A DNA stretch of 45,662 nucleotides from Candidatus Woesearchaeota archaeon (GTDB taxonomy: Archaea; Nanobdellota; Nanobdellia; SCGC-AAA011-G17; ARS1403): NCBI GenBank assembly GCA_018302505.1, contig JAGVZL010000052.1:1-45662 (forward strand), read 5' to 3'. Shown here piece by piece: positions 35,827-43,808 of the stretch. Each line of letters starts with the position of its first letter. Position 1 is the first letter of the stretch. A program made the position numbers and the translations under genes. The notes under the pieces were generated by a model. The model had not been told where the DNA came from and searched no databases. It saw only the letters and a program-made list of their open reading frames with translations.

Positions 35827-36684
35827 ATGTCCTATGCTACCAAAGGGAGTGGAAATGGTAAAGATGTTAAAGTAGTCCAATCATTAGATGGATGCATACT
35901 TAAAGATGATGGCCTTATTATAGAATTCTTTGGACCTCCAAAATCTGGAAAATCATGGCAAATTAAGAGACTAATCGAAAGATTACAGACAGACCCCAAA
36001 TTTAGGGATATTAGACCAAATTTTGATTATAGGGTTTTTAAATTTAGTATAAAAGATGAACTTAGCAAGGAAGATAGATATGAATTTCATATGTGTTATG
36101 TTACCTCCCACCATCATAATTTAGATAGGGTAAGAAGAAAAAGAAAGCATTCTGATGTTCAATTGAAAGGATTGGATTTAATAATTGCCGATAGAGGTCC
36201 AATAGATGATAATAGTTTTGCCCATACGTGGTATGAATTAGGCAAAATGACAGATGATGAGAGGGATAGAGCATTACTTTTATCTGCCGAAGCGGAAAGT
36301 TGGGTAAACGCATCTATCTTAATGTATGTTTCCCCAGAAGAGGCATTAAGAAGAGAAGATGAACAAACCTTGGAAGTAGTGGGACACAAAAGAAGGGGCG
36401 AAGTAATGAATGAACCCACATTAAAACAATTGTGTGGATTTTATGGGTTTACTATATCTGGTAATAGGTATAGGATAGTGAATAGTTTTACAGGGAAAAG
36501 GCAAGATGTAAAACTTGCACAAAGAACTCCTATATCTGTTGATGGAGAGAAAGGATCCAAAGAAAACAATGCAGATTATATCTATGATGAAGTGTTTAAA
36601 TTGTTTGTTCCAACAAGCTCGGAATATAGACCTAATGGGGAAGGTAATCCCAATAATACATATTCGGAGGTTGCAAAGGTATAA
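35827..36684 (+). CDS. P-loop kinase, deoxynucleoside/nucleotide-kinase-like
   Basis: 285 aa. It has the P-loop FFGPPKSGKS, a DR motif LIIADRGPIDDNSF, and a basic lid-like GHKRRGEVMNE. Composition is non-backbone. Confidence 0.4.
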   Translation: MSYATKGSGNGKDVKVVQSLDGCILKDDGLIIEFFGPPKSGKSWQIKRLIERLQTDPKFRDIRPNFDYRVFKFSIKDELSKEDRYEFHMCYVTSHHHNLDRVRRKRKHSDVQLKGLDLIIADRGPIDDNSFAHTWYELGKMTDDERDRALLLSAEAESWVNASILMYVSPEEALRREDEQTLEVVGHKRRGEVMNEPTLKQLCGFYGFTISGNRYRIVNSFTGKRQDVKLAQRTPISVDGEKGSKENNADYIYDEVFKLFVPTSSEYRPNGEGNPNNTYSEVAKV

Positions 36685-36722
36685 GCATAAATTATATATT
36701 CTAATTCTTTTTTTAGTAAATT

Positions 36723-37151
36723 ATGAATTTAAAAGCTAAAGGCACTAGACTGGAAAGGGAATTATTGCACATGTTTCACAAAGAAGGGTTTTCTCCAATG
36801 AGGGCAGCAGGTTCCGGAAGTACAATTTTGCCATGTGCAGATCTGATTGTTGCTGGAAAAGAAAGAATTTTGGCAATTGAATGTAAGGGTGGAAAAGGCA
36901 AAAGATATATTGAAAAAAGACAAGTTGATGAATTGGTTGAATTTTCTAAGAATTTTAATGCAGAACCATGGGTAGCAACCAGATTTGATAATAATCAATG
37001 GTGGTTTATAGAAATCGATGTTTTAAAAAAAAGTAAAGGTGGAAATTATATAATAAGTTTAGAAGAATCTAAAAAGATAGGAAGAACATTTGAAGAGATT
37101 TTAAAATATAAAAAAGACACAAGCTTCAGAGATTTATTAAATAAAAATTAA
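36723..37151 (+). CDS. hjc: Holliday junction resolvase Hjc
   Basis: 142 aa. It has KGTRLERELLHMFHKEGFSPMRAAGSG and the PD-(D/E)xK core ADLIVAGKERILAIECKG. A TATA box ends 23 nt upstream. Confidence 0.85.
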   Translation: MNLKAKGTRLERELLHMFHKEGFSPMRAAGSGSTILPCADLIVAGKERILAIECKGGKGKRYIEKRQVDELVEFSKNFNAEPWVATRFDNNQWWFIEIDVLKKSKGGNYIISLEESKKIGRTFEEILKYKKDTSFRDLLNKN

Positions 37152-38356
37152 GAAATATCCGTAACTGTTTCCCAAGGGAAATATCCATCAACAGGCTCCC
37201 TGCCAAAATGTCCACCACTAGCAGTTACTAAATATATCGGTCTCTTTAAATCAAAACGCTCAATAATTGCTCGCGGTCTAAGGTCAAATATCTCTCTTAA
37301 TCTTACTGCAAGTTCATTATCATAACTTTCTCCTTTATCTGTCATAACTTCAAAATCATCCGGTTCAGCTTTTCCAATAGTATAAGCTACCCTTACTTGA
37401 CATTTCCTTGCAAGCCCGTTAGCAACAACACTCTTTGCCATATGTCTCATCATATAATGCCCAGACCGATCAACCTTACTAGGATCTTTTCCACTAAAAG
37501 CCCCGCCACCATGAGGAATCCTCCCACCATAAGTATCCACAATTATTTTTCTTCCAGTAACACCGGAATCGCCCAATGGACCGCCGATTTCAAATCTTCC
37601 AGTTCCATTAATATTCTGACTTTCCATATGTGAGAAACCTAATCCCTTAGAAGCCTTCAAAATAACATCTTCCATCAAAACAATTCGCAATTCTTCATAT
37701 CCAACATCCTCATCATGTTGTGCAGCAAGAGTAACATTCTCTAAATAAAATTCTCCTTCTTCTTCCATTCGAATTGTAACTTGCGATTTACAATCAGGCC
37801 TTAACCAAGGAGCAGCTCCACTTCTCCTATATTCATTTAATCTATCAATTAAATTTCTTGCTAAAATATAGGACATAGGCATAAGTTCTCTAGTTTCATC
37901 ACAAGCAAAACCATACATCATTCCTTGATCTCCAGCACCCTGTTCATGGCATTGGCTAATATTTACACCCCGTGCAATATCTTGACTTTGGGTGGTTATA
38001 TGAGTCCTAATAACACATCTTTCAGGATCAATTCCTTCTTCAGCACTACGATATCCAATATTTCTAATAGTCCCTCTTACCAAAGCTTCAATATCAAATT
38101 CAGCTCTAGTAGTGATTTCACCAACCAAATTTACAGTCCCAGATTTGGTCCTATTCTCACCACAATCCTCTAAATAAGTTTCATCATCATCTGTAAACCA
38201 TTTCCCATCTCTTAACCCTGCTTTAACAGCAGTTTCAAGTGCAACTCTAGATTCCGGATCTTGATCTAAACATGCATCAAGTACAGCATCAGAAATTTGG
38301 TCGCAAAGTTTATCAGGATGTCCAGCACCGACGAATTCACTAGTAAATCTTCTCAT
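37148..38356 (-). CDS. metK: S-adenosylmethionine synthetase, bacterial/eukaryal MetK type
   Basis: 402 aa. It has GHPDKLCDQISDAVLDA, GAGDQGMMYGFA, GGGAFSGKDPSKVDRSG and ASGGHFGR. GC is visibly higher than in the neighbours. Confidence 0.92.
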   Translation of the reverse strand: MRRFTSEFVGAGHPDKLCDQISDAVLDACLDQDPESRVALETAVKAGLRDGKWFTDDDETYLEDCGENRTKSGTVNLVGEITTRAEFDIEALVRGTIRNIGYRSAEEGIDPERCVIRTHITTQSQDIARGVNISQCHEQGAGDQGMMYGFACDETRELMPMSYILARNLIDRLNEYRRSGAAPWLRPDCKSQVTIRMEEEGEFYLENVTLAAQHDEDVGYEELRIVLMEDVILKASKGLGFSHMESQNINGTGRFEIGGPLGDSGVTGRKIIVDTYGGRIPHGGGAFSGKDPSKVDRSGHYMMRHMAKSVVANGLARKCQVRVAYTIGKAEPDDFEVMTDKGESYDNELAVRLREIFDLRPRAIIERFDLKRPIYLVTASGGHFGREPVDGYFPWETVTDIS

Positions 38357-38444
38357 AAAAATAAGATAAACTAATATCTTTATAAATATTTATTTAATAC
38401 AAAGATTAGAAACAAATAAATATGTTACTATTTTAGAATAGTTT

Positions 38445-40214
38445 ATGATTATATTACAAAAAACAGCAATTTTTTTCATATTTTCGCTTTTTTTAGTAAA
38501 TATAGCCTATGCAGAGATACAAATAACAGAAGTAATGTTTGACCCGAACTGTTCAGATTCTTATTGCGAGTATATAGAGCTTTATAATAATGCTTCTGAC
38601 TCGGTTAATATAACAAGCTGGACTATAGGTGATTTGAGTTCAAATGACACTTTGGAAGAAGCAATTATCCCAAGCTACTCTTTTGCCTTAATAACAGACC
38701 AGGATTCAAGAATTTATAATTATTATACGATTCTTTTCCCAATAACCTGGATTTATGTGGATGACAGTTCAATAGGAAGCGGATTAGGCACGCCAGAAAC
38801 TATTTCACTGTATGATGAATCTCTTAATTTAATAGACCAAATGAATTACAGCGGAACAACAAACGGAGATAGTTTAAGTTTAGTCAATGGAATATTTCAG
38901 CAATCAACCCCCACTCCTGGAAGCCAAAATGAAGACGAAGAAACAGCGGATTATTCTAAGATCTCAGTAACAGAATTTCTGCCAAATCCCGAAGGGGATG
39001 ATGGCGCTACTACTCCTAATGGAGAATGGATTGAGCTTTACAATTCAGGAAATTTAAATTTGGATTTGATAGGGTTAGAGTTTTATGACAATGTTGGTTC
39101 AGACCCAGATATAATAGTATCAAATACTTCTACTTTAGATGGGACAATAATAACATCAAATTCATATAAGGTTGTTTACACAAACGGAATTTCAAGTTTC
39201 TTAAATAATGATGGATATGAAAAAATAACTTTAAAGGATATTTTTGGAGAAATTATAGATGAAATAACATACTCGGATTCGGATGAAGGAGTTTCATGGT
39301 CTTTGTCAGAGGGAAAATGGCAGAGAACAACACCCACTCCCGGATATAAAAATGAGGATAATAAAACTTCAACTCAGTCAGAACTGAAAATCGAAGAAAT
39401 TTATGATTTAGGGAGCGATAAGAAAGCTGAATGGGGGGATATAATAAGACCTAAGATTTTCGCCTACAAAGGGAATACTAACAAAGAAGTAGTTTGGATA
39501 TGGATAGAAAATGATGAAGTAAGAGTAACTAAAAAAAGCAAGTTTGATTTATACCAAAAATTCCAAAATACAACCTTAACATACCCATTAATGATACCCG
39601 ATAATTGCAATAGTGAATTTTTAAGCGGAAATTATAAACTAATTGTTGATGGGCTGGATGCAAGAGATGAAGCCATTTTAGAAATAAGGGACAAGCCGTT
39701 ATGTAAAGACTCAGAAAAAGCACCAAGAGTAAGTAATCTGGAATATTCTTTTTCATCTATTTCAAAAGAAGTTGTTTCGGAAGAAAAATTTACAACCGAA
39801 ATTTTATTAAAAAATAATTTAGATGAGGAAATAAATTTAGATTTGTGGTCTTATCCTTATTTTGGAAGCCAGCAGTATGTGGTGTCGGATGAAAAGGAAA
39901 ATTTGCAAAAAGTCTCAGTGATGCCTAAAGAAGAGAAGGTTATAAAATTAGAGAATATCTTGCCGGAAGTAAAGAGGGACACAATAAACTTTAAAGTAAA
40001 ATTGCAAAAAGAAGGTCTTAAAACAGCATATGAATTGAAAGAAACATTAAAAGTTAAGCAGAATTCAAAACCTTCAGAAACACTTAAAAACCCTATTACT
40101 GGCTACACGGTGTATGAAAGTAGCGGTGAAAAAACCAAGCGTTCAGCCATTTTCATATTTAATGGCTTATTGGTAATGCTGTTCATCTTTGTACTGATAA
40201 AAAATGGAACTTAA
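38445..40214 (+). CDS. Secreted, C-terminally anchored protein with two lamin-tail (LTD) domains
   Basis: 589 aa with a signal peptide. LTD signatures are ITEVMFDPN..CEYIELYN and VTEFLPNPEGDD...GEWIELYNSG. Each module ends in TPTPG(S/Y)(Q/K)NED. A C-terminal TM helix is present. Confidence 0.7.
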   Translation: MIILQKTAIFFIFSLFLVNIAYAEIQITEVMFDPNCSDSYCEYIELYNNASDSVNITSWTIGDLSSNDTLEEAIIPSYSFALITDQDSRIYNYYTILFPITWIYVDDSSIGSGLGTPETISLYDESLNLIDQMNYSGTTNGDSLSLVNGIFQQSTPTPGSQNEDEETADYSKISVTEFLPNPEGDDGATTPNGEWIELYNSGNLNLDLIGLEFYDNVGSDPDIIVSNTSTLDGTIITSNSYKVVYTNGISSFLNNDGYEKITLKDIFGEIIDEITYSDSDEGVSWSLSEGKWQRTTPTPGYKNEDNKTSTQSELKIEEIYDLGSDKKAEWGDIIRPKIFAYKGNTNKEVVWIWIENDEVRVTKKSKFDLYQKFQNTTLTYPLMIPDNCNSEFLSGNYKLIVDGLDARDEAILEIRDKPLCKDSEKAPRVSNLEYSFSSISKEVVSEEKFTTEILLKNNLDEEINLDLWSYPYFGSQQYVVSDEKENLQKVSVMPKEEKVIKLENILPEVKRDTINFKVKLQKEGLKTAYELKETLKVKQNSKPSETLKNPITGYTVYESSGEKTKRSAIFIFNGLLVMLFIFVLIKNGT

Positions 40215-40602
40215 AATTAAAGCAATTATAGAAATCTTGGGAAAACCAAAAGACCACGTAGAAAAAACAATAGCTAATGTTGTAGAAGAGCTGAAAAAAA
40301 GAGAAGGTCTAACACTAATTAACGAAAAAATAGCAAAAACTAAAAAATTAGAAACTTTCTTTTCTTCTTATGTAGAAGTGGAATTAAAGCTTTCCACCAT
40401 GGATCAATTAATAGATTTTTGTTTTGATTTCCTGCCAAGCAATATAGAAATTATAGAACCTGAAGAGATGAATTTAGATTCACATTTATTAGCAGAATAT
40501 ATGAATGACCTATTAGCAAAATTACATCAGCAAAGTATGATTATAAGAAACATGCATGCTGAAAATTTGGTAATGAAGCAAAAACTCGGATTAACTAAAT
40601 AA
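40204..40602 (+). CDS. Hypothetical cytoplasmic protein
   Basis: 132 aa. It overlaps the upstream gene by 11 nt. I recognised no family. Confidence 0.35.
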   Translation: MELKIKAIIEILGKPKDHVEKTIANVVEELKKREGLTLINEKIAKTKKLETFFSSYVEVELKLSTMDQLIDFCFDFLPSNIEIIEPEEMNLDSHLLAEYMNDLLAKLHQQSMIIRNMHAENLVMKQKLGLTK

Positions 40603-42417
40603 TTATTTTTTCCCCAATAATCTCTCTAAGTCTTTCATACTTTGGTCTAGATCTTTTTCTATGCTACTGACTATTCCAGGTTTTTTTCTCGGGGTACTTG
40701 CGACTCTCGGTTGATAATTCTGGGGTTTGGACTGATTCAATCTAGGAGTATATTTTGCTTGAGGACCTGGTTTATTTCCAAACTTTAATTTTAACAATCC
40801 TTTTTTATATGCTAAGAACCCTCCACCAAATAAAATTATTAACATTAATAACACCATTAAAGACCAAAATAAAACACTCCTTCCTTCGTCACTGCTCCCG
40901 CTAGTTGAAGTGCCTGTTGTTCCAGTGCCGCCTAAATCTACTTCGCCTCTTGAAGAAGTATCGCTTACAGGACATCCATCACCGCTAACATCTATGCATT
41001 GCCCGATAGCATCTCTTTTACCTTCACAGCCCTCAGCTGTAGTGCAGATATTGCCTAAACTGCTAGCGTCACTATCCCCGCTAGGATCATTTCTAGTAGT
41101 TATTCCAACAGTTTCATCCCAGGGGTCCCGGTCATCTTCATTGTCTACTCCATCTCCGTCAATATCACTGTCTTCTTTATTTACAAATCCATCCCTGTCA
41201 TAATCATCATCACCATCTAAAACTCCATTATTGTTTGTATCAGGATTTCTGGAATTATTATCGATACCATTCAGCAACCCATCCCCATCAATATCACTGT
41301 CATCACTATCACAGGTATTATCTCCATCTAAATCAGGACAGCCTGAAGAGCTTGAAGTATAACTGCCGCCGTACATTACTAAAGCAGTCTGTTCAACATT
41401 ACAATTTGGTTTTGGCCAGCATCCATCATTATGTCTTCTTGAAGCAACCCAATTATCCACACCGCTAATAATACTATTAGGTTTTAATAAATTATAAATT
41501 AAAACAGTTGTTGTTAGGTCTGCAGTTCCCCAGAACCCAGCTGAATTTTTTTCTTGAGCTAACGAAGTTAAATATTGATTGTCATTTGTTACTTTAAACA
41601 AAAATGCCTTCTCCTTTAACCCTAAATTGCTTTGTCCAACCAGCCAGCTGGGATCGCCGCTCTTGCCAATTTTATTTAGAGTATAAAGTACATATCCGGT
41701 AGTTTCAGTATCGCAACTTCCGCTTCTATATGTTGCACCCCAGCATGGGTCTCCAAATGAAACAGTTATATTCTTTTTTCCATGCTCTTCCTGTTTTATA
41801 AAATAATTCTCAACACCACTAACATCTTTTTTATTTATCAGACTTAACACAGGGGTGCTGCCCAAACTACTGCAGTCCAAATTAAGGCTCGAAGTTGTAG
41901 AAGTTAAAATACCAGAATCAACATTAAACCATGGAACATATCCCTGGCTTGTATCTATAGAAACACCAAGACTAGAATCTAAATCATAGTTAGTCAAAAC
42001 ACAGCTTCCAGCAACACTCGATACAACCTGCACAAACCATTGGTTGCTTGCAGTTGGCAATTCTCCTGTAAAAACAATACTTCTGGAATTTAATAACCAA
42101 GTTCCGGCAGTATTAACTATATTAGCATTATTCCCCACTTCATGCAATGCTAAAACTGCAACAGCCGTATCCTTTACATTACAGCTATTGGTTAACATAC
42201 AATTCTCTAAAGAGATTATTAAACTCCTTGAGCCATTTAAAACTAAATTTTCATAACCCTGCTCTTTATCCAAAGCTAATATACTATAAGCAGTTTCTCT
42301 AATATTTCCCCAAGAACCCTGAGTATTCCTATCAGCTATCCAATCTGCCTCGCTAGAAGCCCCTGCAGTACCAATTAAAATTATTAAAATGAAGAGTAAT
42401 ATCCCCTTTTTATACAT
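40603..42417 (-). CDS. Surface protein: prenyltransferase/terpene-cyclase-like alpha-toroid repeats + thrombospondin type-3-like Ca-binding repeats + TM anchor
   Basis: 604 aa with a signal peptide. Repeats of the type QGSWGNIRETAYSILAL and NVKDTAVAVLAL are present. An Asp-rich tract reads DLDGDNTCDSDDSDIDGDGLLNGID...DYDRDGFVNKEDSDIDGDGVDNEDD. It ends with a C-terminal TM helix and a basic tail. Confidence 0.6.
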   Translation of the reverse strand: MYKKGILLFILIILIGTAGASSEADWIADRNTQGSWGNIRETAYSILALDKEQGYENLVLNGSRSLIISLENCMLTNSCNVKDTAVAVLALHEVGNNANIVNTAGTWLLNSRSIVFTGELPTASNQWFVQVVSSVAGSCVLTNYDLDSSLGVSIDTSQGYVPWFNVDSGILTSTTSSLNLDCSSLGSTPVLSLINKKDVSGVENYFIKQEEHGKKNITVSFGDPCWGATYRSGSCDTETTGYVLYTLNKIGKSGDPSWLVGQSNLGLKEKAFLFKVTNDNQYLTSLAQEKNSAGFWGTADLTTTVLIYNLLKPNSIISGVDNWVASRRHNDGCWPKPNCNVEQTALVMYGGSYTSSSSGCPDLDGDNTCDSDDSDIDGDGLLNGIDNNSRNPDTNNNGVLDGDDDYDRDGFVNKEDSDIDGDGVDNEDDRDPWDETVGITTRNDPSGDSDASSLGNICTTAEGCEGKRDAIGQCIDVSGDGCPVSDTSSRGEVDLGGTGTTGTSTSGSSDEGRSVLFWSLMVLLMLIILFGGGFLAYKKGLLKLKFGNKPGPQAKYTPRLNQSKPQNYQPRVASTPRKKPGIVSSIEKDLDQSMKDLERLLGKK

Positions 42418-42480
42418 TGAATCACCTTTTAATATCCATTATAGTTAAGATTATATAAATCTATTTCTATATAAATTTTT

Positions 42481-43026
42481 ATGAAATTAACCAATTTAGT
42501 GTATCTTTCAAGAGGAAAAAGAAGCAATGTTTATACAACGATTTATAAGAAAAAGAAAGTGGCGGTAAAATATTCTCATAGAGCGGAGATAGAAGCTTAT
42601 TGGTTAAAAAAACTTTCAAAACTAAATTTTATCCCTAAACTAATCTCTTCAGACAATAAAAGGATAATCTATGAATTTATTGAAGGAGAAACCATTGATA
42701 AATATTTAGAAAATTCTAAGAATCCAATTCTAATCTTAAAACAAATTCTAAAACAATGTTATGAGCTTGATAAATTAAAAATAAATAAAAAAGAATTAAC
42801 AAATCCTTACAAACATATTTTAATTAAAAACAAGAAATCTAAAATGATTGATTTCGAAAGATGTTATGAAACAGATAATCCAAAAAATGTTACACAGTTT
42901 TGTGAATATTTAATGAGGAAAAAAATAATAAATAGAAAAAATTTAACACCATTGTTAAAAAATTATAAAAAGAATAAAACTAAGAAAAATTTCGAAAAAA
43001 TTCTGAGATTTAATACACAACATTAA
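42481..43026 (+). CDS. Small protein-kinase-like (Bud32/RIO-like) protein with a degenerate catalytic loop
   Basis: 181 aa. It has the Gly-loop region LSRGKRSNVY, a VAVK Lys, and IDFERC in place of DFG. The HGD of the catalytic loop is replaced by NKKE. Confidence 0.45.
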   Translation: MKLTNLVYLSRGKRSNVYTTIYKKKKVAVKYSHRAEIEAYWLKKLSKLNFIPKLISSDNKRIIYEFIEGETIDKYLENSKNPILILKQILKQCYELDKLKINKKELTNPYKHILIKNKKSKMIDFERCYETDNPKNVTQFCEYLMRKKIINRKNLTPLLKNYKKNKTKKNFEKILRFNTQH

Positions 43027-43388
43027 ACAATTGCTTTCTCTGAAGGTAGAAATTCATTAACTGCTAGAATACCATCTTGATTTTTCATGCCAAGGTCTTG
43101 TTTGGTCAAGAACCAGGCAAATTTCAAGAAATTCTGGGTAATTGCATTATCTAAATTTAACTTATACATATCAGACTTTCCGACTTTTCTTGTCTTAATA
43201 ATTACCCCTCTTTCCAAAAATTCACCAAAAAAACTTTTCAGGGAATTATAACTGATGTTTGCTTCTCTTGCCATATCCGTCATATTAAAATCAAAAAAAT
43301 GATTTCCAATTAAAAAATCCAAAAATCTCAATTTTGGTGTATCTCCCAAATATTCCAAAAATGCCGATTTGTTTTTCATATTTTTCAT
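43023..43388 (-). CDS. Winged-helix transcriptional regulator
   Basis: 121 aa. LRFLDFLIGNHFFDFNMTDMAREANISYNSLKSFFGEFLERGVIIKTRKVGKSDMYKLN is a wHTH pattern. Confidence 0.55.
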   Translation of the reverse strand: MKNMKNKSAFLEYLGDTPKLRFLDFLIGNHFFDFNMTDMAREANISYNSLKSFFGEFLERGVIIKTRKVGKSDMYKLNLDNAITQNFLKFAWFLTKQDLGMKNQDGILAVNEFLPSEKAIV

Positions 43389-43480
43389 GATATTTCCTTA
43401 ATTTATAAAACTTTCTATCCTAGATGTTTAAACTGTCAAAACTAGAAACATTTAAATAAAACATAACTTTCAGAGAATTA

Positions 43481-43738
43481 ATGAAAAAAGAGAAAGCGCA
43501 ACTTATGTTCAAACTTGCTTATTCAAAAAAGAATTGAGGAGCAAAATATGATAGGCTAGAACACTTTAAGAGATTTTCAAATTTAAAAGAAATAGTAAAA
43601 GAATTAGAAAATGTTGGATGGCTGATTGTAAGAAAAAAATCAAATTACACAGGAATCTCTCTCAATCCAATGTTCAAAAAAGAAATTATTGAGTTTATCG
43701 AAGAGCAAATGCCAGAAATTAGAGGGCAGGTAAAATAA
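43481..43738 (+). pseudogene. Small wHTH-like ORF with an in-frame TGA (43535-43537)
   Basis: My own translation gives MKKEKAQLMFKLAYSKKN, then a stop, then GAKYDRLEHFKRFSNLKEIVKELENVGWLIVRKKSNYTGISLNP... in the same frame. There is no in-frame ATG/GTG/TTG shortly after the stop. Confidence 0.3.
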
Positions 43739-43808
43739 CAAAATAAACCAATGGAAAACCAAGAAATAGAAATTGGATTAAAAAATAAAATCCATATTCT
43801 TAATACAA

